The position numbers and the translations under genes were made by a program. The notes under the pieces were generated by a model. It had not been told where the DNA came from. It did no database searches and saw only the letters and a list, made by a program, of their open reading frames with translations. From Candidatus Levyibacteriota bacterium (GTDB taxonomy: Bacteria > Patescibacteriota > Microgenomatia > Levybacterales > UBA12049), in NCBI GenBank assembly GCA_038254115.1, contig JBBSGK010000001.1, positions 67,778 to 131,777 on the forward strand: a stretch of DNA of 64,000 bases. The letters run 5' to 3'. Numbering within the stretch: the first letter of the stretch is position 1; the number at the start of each line of letters is the position of its first letter. Shown here one piece after another: positions 59,415-64,000 of the stretch.

Positions 59415-62156
59415 TTATGATAAATTAGGATAATGACATTTTTTCCACTTTTTACCACTTCCGCACCAGCAGGGGTCATTTCTACTTAATTTATTTTGCG
59501 CTTTTGCTTTTGGTTTTTTAGCATCTTGTGAGACTTCACTTTCAGGCGTGTTGGTTACTGCATTGGCAAGAGGGTTTGTCTTCGGAATTTGGGGAGCGTT
59601 TCCTGTCTGCGCCGGACCCTGATGTACAGTTCCATCTTCATGCGTGTGCTGCTCCTGGACCTGAAGCTTGTATATTCTGTGCGCGACCTCATCATTTATT
59701 GATGACATAAGACCTTCAAACATATTGAATCCTTCATTTTTATATTCAACCAGCGGATCTTTTTGCGCATATCCTCGGAGTCCAATACCTGATCTTAAGT
59801 TGTCCATTGCATCAAGATGGTTCATCCAGAGATTATCAATTACAGAAAGCAATACAAACTTCTCGACTTGGCGCATAAGAGTAGTTCCAACCTGAGCCTC
59901 GCGCTGATCATATATATCGCTTGCCATTTTGGTCAGAAATTCAGTCTTTTCCTCGATAGTATGCAGCTGCTCAAGTTGTTTGACCAACTGTTTTCTCGAC
60001 TGCTCATCAAAAGGTATGATTGTCCCGAATTCCTCTATTATTTTTTCGTTGTGTAGTTCTTGTTGGGCATCTTTTGCAATTGCTACAGCCACAATGGTAC
60101 TGATGGCAACGGAGATGCGGTTTTTAACTTCTTCTTTTAAGTTGGCATCTCCATCCTTTGCGGTTTCGAGAATTTTTCTTCTGAGTTGATAAATTATCTC
60201 CCGTTGTTTATTCAAAACATCATCGTATTCGACGAGATGTTTTCTGGTGTCAAAATTAAATCCCTCTACTTTTACCTGAGCGTTTTCAATTGATTTTGAA
60301 ACAAGCGGATGTTCAAGAGGAACGTCCTCAGGCATATTAAAGCGTGTCATAATCCCGGCAATTTTGTCACCGCCAAATAAGCGCATTATCTCATCATCCA
60401 AGGCAACAAAGAATCTGGACGCGCCGGGGTCACCTTGTCTGCCCGATCTTCCTCTTAGCTGGTTATCAATTCTCCGAGATTCGTGACGCTCTGTTCCGAT
60501 TACATACAATCCGCCAAGCCTGAGAACCTCATCATGTTCTTTTTCCCATTTTTTATATTCGGCTGAGCTTTTATTGGTTGTGCCGTCTTTATTCTTTGGT
60601 GTTTCTCCACCCAGTACGATATCAACTCCCCGGCCTGCCATGTTGGTCGCAACAGTTACTGCTCCCATTTTACCGGCCTCCGCGATAATCTCAGCTTCTC
60701 TTATATGGTTTTTGGCATTTAGTAGTTCAAATTTTATTTTCTTCCTTTTCAAATACTCCGCAACAATCTCATTCTTCTCAATTGATGTGGTACCGACCAG
60801 AACAGGCTGTTTCTTTTTGTGCGCTTCTTCAATTGCATTGACAACAGCTGCGTATTTAGCACGGGTTGTTTTATAAACTGCATCTGAATTGTCGATTCTA
60901 ACCATGGGATTGTGGGTTGGGATTACTACAACATCCAGCTCATAAATTTTTCTAAATTCCTCGGCTTCAGTAACAGCTGTTCCTGTCATTCCTGCCAATT
61001 TTTCATAAAGTCTAAAATAATTTTGGAGCGAAACAGTAGCAAGAGTTTTGGACTCCCGTTGAATCGGCACGTTTTCCTTGGCTTCAATTGCCTGGTGTAT
61101 TCCTTCAGATAGCCTTCTTCCCTCCATCAGGCGGCCTGTAAATTCGTCAACCAAAATCACCTGGTTGTCCTTAACGATATATTCTTTTTCTTTATGGAAT
61201 AAAGTACGCGCCTTAAGAGCGGCTTCCAAATGATAAACAACGTCAAAATCTTTTTCATAGATATCCGACACGCCGTAAAGCTTTTCAACTTTACCGATTC
61301 CATGATCTGTAAGATGTGCGGTGCGGAGTTTTTCATCAATTATGAAATCTGTGTCGGGAGCCAGCTTATCCACAACTTTGGCGTATTCATAATACCGCTG
61401 ACTTGGCTCCTCATCAGGTGCTGAGATGATGTGAGGGGTTCTGGCTTCATCGATAAGGACTGAATCGACCTCATCAACAATTGCATAGTAATAGCCCCGC
61501 TGAACCAGCTGATCAAGTTCCTGTGCCATATTGTCACGAAGGTAATCAAAACCAAACTCTGAATTAATACCATACGTTACATCGGCGAGATATGCTTCTT
61601 TGCGTGATACAGGTTTTAAATGAAGCAAGCGGTAATCAAAAGCATTTTCCTGTGTAAATTTGGGGTCATAGATAAATGATTGGTCATTTATAATTGATGA
61701 AACAGATACCCCAAGAAAGTCAAAAACAGGAGCGTTCCATCCTGCATCCCGTCTTGCCAGATAATCATTAACGGTAACCAGATGGACACCTTTTCCGGTT
61801 AGGCTGTGAAGATATAACGCAGGAATTGCTGAAATTGTCTTTCCCTCTCCCGTTTTTTGCTCGGCAATTTTACCGCTTGCAAGCGTAATTGCTGCCATAA
61901 GTTGAACGTCAAAATGGCGCATTCCCAAAGTACGTCTTGTTGCTTCACGGGCCAGCGCAAAAGCCTCAGGCATTATTTGTTCAAGAGTTTCTCCTTTTTT
62001 AAGTCTCTCTTTAAATTCTTTAGTTTTTTTGGGAAAGTCTGAGTCTTTTAACTTTTCAACCGTTTTCTCTAGATTGTTGATTTCATCAACGATTGGCTGG
62101 ATTTTTCCGACCTCCCGGTTGTTGGAATCAAAAAATTTATTTAAAATACCTAACAT
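59415..62156 (-). CDS. secA: Preprotein translocase ATPase SecA
   Basis: DEAD motor, PPXD, and a C-terminal Zn finger CWCGSGKKWKKCH. Confidence 0.95.
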   Translation of the reverse strand: MLGILNKFFDSNNREVGKIQPIVDEINNLEKTVEKLKDSDFPKKTKEFKERLKKGETLEQIMPEAFALAREATRRTLGMRHFDVQLMAAITLASGKIAEQKTGEGKTISAIPALYLHSLTGKGVHLVTVNDYLARRDAGWNAPVFDFLGVSVSSIINDQSFIYDPKFTQENAFDYRLLHLKPVSRKEAYLADVTYGINSEFGFDYLRDNMAQELDQLVQRGYYYAIVDEVDSVLIDEARTPHIISAPDEEPSQRYYEYAKVVDKLAPDTDFIIDEKLRTAHLTDHGIGKVEKLYGVSDIYEKDFDVVYHLEAALKARTLFHKEKEYIVKDNQVILVDEFTGRLMEGRRLSEGIHQAIEAKENVPIQRESKTLATVSLQNYFRLYEKLAGMTGTAVTEAEEFRKIYELDVVVIPTHNPMVRIDNSDAVYKTTRAKYAAVVNAIEEAHKKKQPVLVGTTSIEKNEIVAEYLKRKKIKFELLNAKNHIREAEIIAEAGKMGAVTVATNMAGRGVDIVLGGETPKNKDGTTNKSSAEYKKWEKEHDEVLRLGGLYVIGTERHESRRIDNQLRGRSGRQGDPGASRFFVALDDEIMRLFGGDKIAGIMTRFNMPEDVPLEHPLVSKSIENAQVKVEGFNFDTRKHLVEYDDVLNKQREIIYQLRRKILETAKDGDANLKEEVKNRISVAISTIVAVAIAKDAQQELHNEKIIEEFGTIIPFDEQSRKQLVKQLEQLHTIEEKTEFLTKMASDIYDQREAQVGTTLMRQVEKFVLLSVIDNLWMNHLDAMDNLRSGIGLRGYAQKDPLVEYKNEGFNMFEGLMSSINDEVAHRIYKLQVQEQHTHEDGTVHQGPAQTGNAPQIPKTNPLANAVTNTPESEVSQDAKKPKAKAQNKLSRNDPCWCGSGKKWKKCHYPNLS

Positions 62157-62282
62157 ATGTAATTATTTTCCATTTATCATTTACCATTTTCCATTGATTT
62201 TAGAATTTGAAGACTGGCCAATTGAAGATAAATGGTAGGTGGAAAATGTACACTGGCAAATCGTATATCTATCTTACCACAA

Positions 62283-62322
62283 ATTAGGTTCAAAAAAAAC
62301 CCCGCTCATTTATTTTAATAAG
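62283..62322 (-). terminator. Rho-independent terminator (10-bp GC-rich stem containing one G-U pair, followed by T8)
   Basis: ccccgctcat...atgggcgggg on the + strand. On the minus strand it is followed by TTTTTTTT. Confidence 0.6.
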
Positions 62323-62378
62323 ATGGGCGGGGCTTACCAATTGATCAGTTGGTAATGTGTTTTAAACATTAACCAAAA

Positions 62379-62429
62379 CTATTTCTTTTTCTTTGTAGCT
62401 GTTTTCTTTGCTTTTTTCTTTGCTGGCAT
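62379..62429 (-). CDS. Candidate 16-aa Lys-rich micro-ORF (MPAKKKAKKTATKKKK) with a strong Shine-Dalgarno sequence
   Basis: GGGAGGTGA lies 6 nt upstream of the ATG. A TTGACA -35 box lies further upstream, and the terminator follows about 40 nt downstream. Confidence 0.25.
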   Translation of the reverse strand: MPAKKKAKKTATKKKK

Positions 62430-62644
62430 GTAAAATCACCTCCCTTGTCTCGCCGAAGTTCGCACGAAGGCGTACTCCAAACCTTAGGATAATTTAATAG
62501 TGTAATTAATAACTTAATTTGTCAAGAAAATTTCATTGCTTCAAAAGTGGCAAATTAGCTTGATAATGCAACAAAAATTATGAATAGGAAATTATTACTT
62601 TTTTCTAACAAAATGAGGCTAAAAAATATTATTTTTTTAAAATA

Positions 62645-63511
62645 TTATTTATATTTTTGTATATATTGTTTGTAGGCTCTTGGGAACCGGAGAGCTGAGA
62701 AAAATGAGAATACGAGTCCCTGCCAAGAGTCGAGAAACCCTTTGTGCCGTATAAACGTATTTAAAAACCATCCAACAGGAAGAATTACCAAATACTTAAC
62801 TGCAGTTATTGGATCTTTACCGGTTTTTTTGATTTTAAGTTCCTGCGCTATAAGGTCAACATATCTATTGTTACGTTTTATATATCTTGAAAAGGTGGGG
62901 TCCGCCAGATGTATCAGGTCATTTTCCAGCCAGCCGACTCTGCCATTCACGCTAAATTGTTCATGGACGTCAACGCATGGAAGAAAAGCTTTGCTCTTTT
63001 TAATAAGTCTTATTACCCCATCTGGATAGACTCCGCCGTAACGCAGGTACCTACCCAGAAAATAATTAAGACGCGGAACAAAAAATGCAACATAAGGGTC
63101 CTCCTGTATTCCAATAGAACCATCCCTTTTTTCCAATAGTTGCTGATGCCTTAGGAATAATTTTCTTTTTGGAAGATATTCCTGATATTTTTTTAATTCT
63201 TTTTCCGTCATGTCAATAACTTTTTTTATCTCATGGCCCAACTCCGGGCTTACCTGCTCATCGGCATCAAGTTGCAGGACCCACTCATTTGTTGATAAAT
63301 CTATGGCTTTTTGTTTGTTAATATGAAAGATTGGGGGATTATCAGTAATTTTTATATGGGCGCCGTATTTTTTGGCAATTTCGGCTGTTTTGTCAGTTGA
63401 GGATCCGTCAACTATTATGATCTCAGAAGCAATATCTTTTACCGAATCAAGACAATCTCCGAGATCCTCCTCTTCGTTAAATGTAGCGAGCGCAACAGTT
63501 AATTTGGCCAT
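62645..63511 (-). CDS. Family 2 glycosyltransferase
   Basis: VALATFNEEEDLGDCLDS...IIVDGSSTD...LDADE (DxD). Confidence 0.85.
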   Translation of the reverse strand: MAKLTVALATFNEEEDLGDCLDSVKDIASEIIIVDGSSTDKTAEIAKKYGAHIKITDNPPIFHINKQKAIDLSTNEWVLQLDADEQVSPELGHEIKKVIDMTEKELKKYQEYLPKRKLFLRHQQLLEKRDGSIGIQEDPYVAFFVPRLNYFLGRYLRYGGVYPDGVIRLIKKSKAFLPCVDVHEQFSVNGRVGWLENDLIHLADPTFSRYIKRNNRYVDLIAQELKIKKTGKDPITAVKYLVILPVGWFLNTFIRHKGFLDSWQGLVFSFFSALRFPRAYKQYIQKYK

Positions 63512-63514
63512 ATG

Positions 63515-64000
63515 CTACTTTTTCTCAATTACTTTCTTGCCCATATATTTTTGCAGCACCTCAGGAATAAGTACGCTTCCATCAACTTGCTGATAGTTTT
63601 CAAGGATCGCTCCCAAAAGACGCGGCGTTGCAACAACTGTGTTGTTAAGGGTGTAAACATATTTCGTTGTGCCGTCTGAAGCATGATACTTCATGCTAAG
63701 TCTTCTTGATTGGAAGTCGTTGAAATAACTCGCCGAATGTGTTTCGCGGTATTTATTTTGTGAGGGGAACCACGTTTCTATGTCATATTTTTTGCGCTGT
63801 CCTGCTCCCATGTCACCCGTACACATAAGTAGAATTTGGTAGGGGAGATTTAGTTCTTGAAGGATCTGTTCTGAGAATCCGAGCATTTTTTCATGCCAAT
63901 CACGGGTGATTTTTTCATCCGCAACCGTTAATACAACCTGTTCAACTTTGTTAAATTGATGAACCCGGAAAAATCCCTTTGTATCTTTTCCGTATGTTCC
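63515..64000 (-). CDS. serS: Seryl-tRNA synthetase, 3' part; the gene continues past the window end
   Basis: GKDTKGFFRVHQFNKVEQ (class II motif 2) and GAGQRKKYDIETWFPSQNKYRE. The frame stays open to base 64000. Confidence 0.85.
   Translation of the reverse strand, partial: GTYGKDTKGFFRVHQFNKVEQVVLTVADEKITRDWHEKMLGFSEQILQELNLPYQILLMCTGDMGAGQRKKYDIETWFPSQNKYRETHSASYFNDFQSRRLSMKYHASDGTTKYVYTLNNTVVATPRLLGAILENYQQVDGSVLIPEVLQKYMGKKVIEKK

Noticed and set aside
1-64000. CRISPR arrays, tRNA/rRNA genes, integrase/transposase/reverse transcriptase (DGR) searched by eye
   Set aside because: No regularly spaced direct repeats of 25-40 bp, no GTTCGAATC-type T-loops in intergenic regions, and no ORF with recombinase or RT motifs were seen.

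Overview
The window is about 64 kb of low-GC bacterial chromosome that uses the standard genetic code. Evidence for the code is that release factor RF2, carrying the SPF motif, is present, and that TGA is used as a stop codon. Gene content is mostly housekeeping and reduced: a ClpB/ClpC 3' fragment, nusA, a short infB, rpsO, pnp, a Lon-like AAA+ ATPase with no protease domain, a short 6-phosphogluconate dehydrogenase, RNase J, ftsK, a RodZ-like protein, a DUF948/YtxH pair, mltG, a thymidine/AMP-phosphorylase-family enzyme, sortase, a C-terminally truncated alaS, glgA plus an alpha-glucan phosphorylase, corA, prfB, secA, a GT2 glycosyltransferase and the 3' part of serS. Several features suggest a small-genome Gram-positive-like or CPR/Patescibacteria-like organism, but this is inference only. 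They are the four-helix-bundle protein, the short IF-2 and AlaRS, sortase, the AMP-phosphorylase-like gene and the basic low-complexity tails on NusA and PNPase. The most striking block is a roughly 17 kb single-strand purine de novo cluster at 28683-45904 on the minus strand, comprising a purF-purN fusion, purD, a split purL/purQ, purP, purH, a histidine phosphatase, a second purP-like gene, purB, purK, purE, purC, a HAD hydrolase and purM. This cluster includes two archaeal-type formate-dependent PurP paralogs alongside the folate-dependent PurH, and an intrinsic terminator sits 12 nt upstream of the purF start codon. Other notable items are two small genes, a GIY-YIG nuclease and a four-helix-bundle/Avd-like protein, each bounded by short inverted repeats like miniature cassettes. 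A cytoplasmic PAS two-component operon is headed by an excisionase-type HTH gene. An FtsA/PilM-like actin-fold protein is fused to a TM segment and extracellular domain and appears co-transcribed with sortase. A 16-codon poly-Lys ORF has its own Shine-Dalgarno sequence and -35 TTGACA box and is followed by an intrinsic terminator, upstream of secA. No CRISPR array, tRNA, rRNA, integrase, transposase or reverse transcriptase was recognised.
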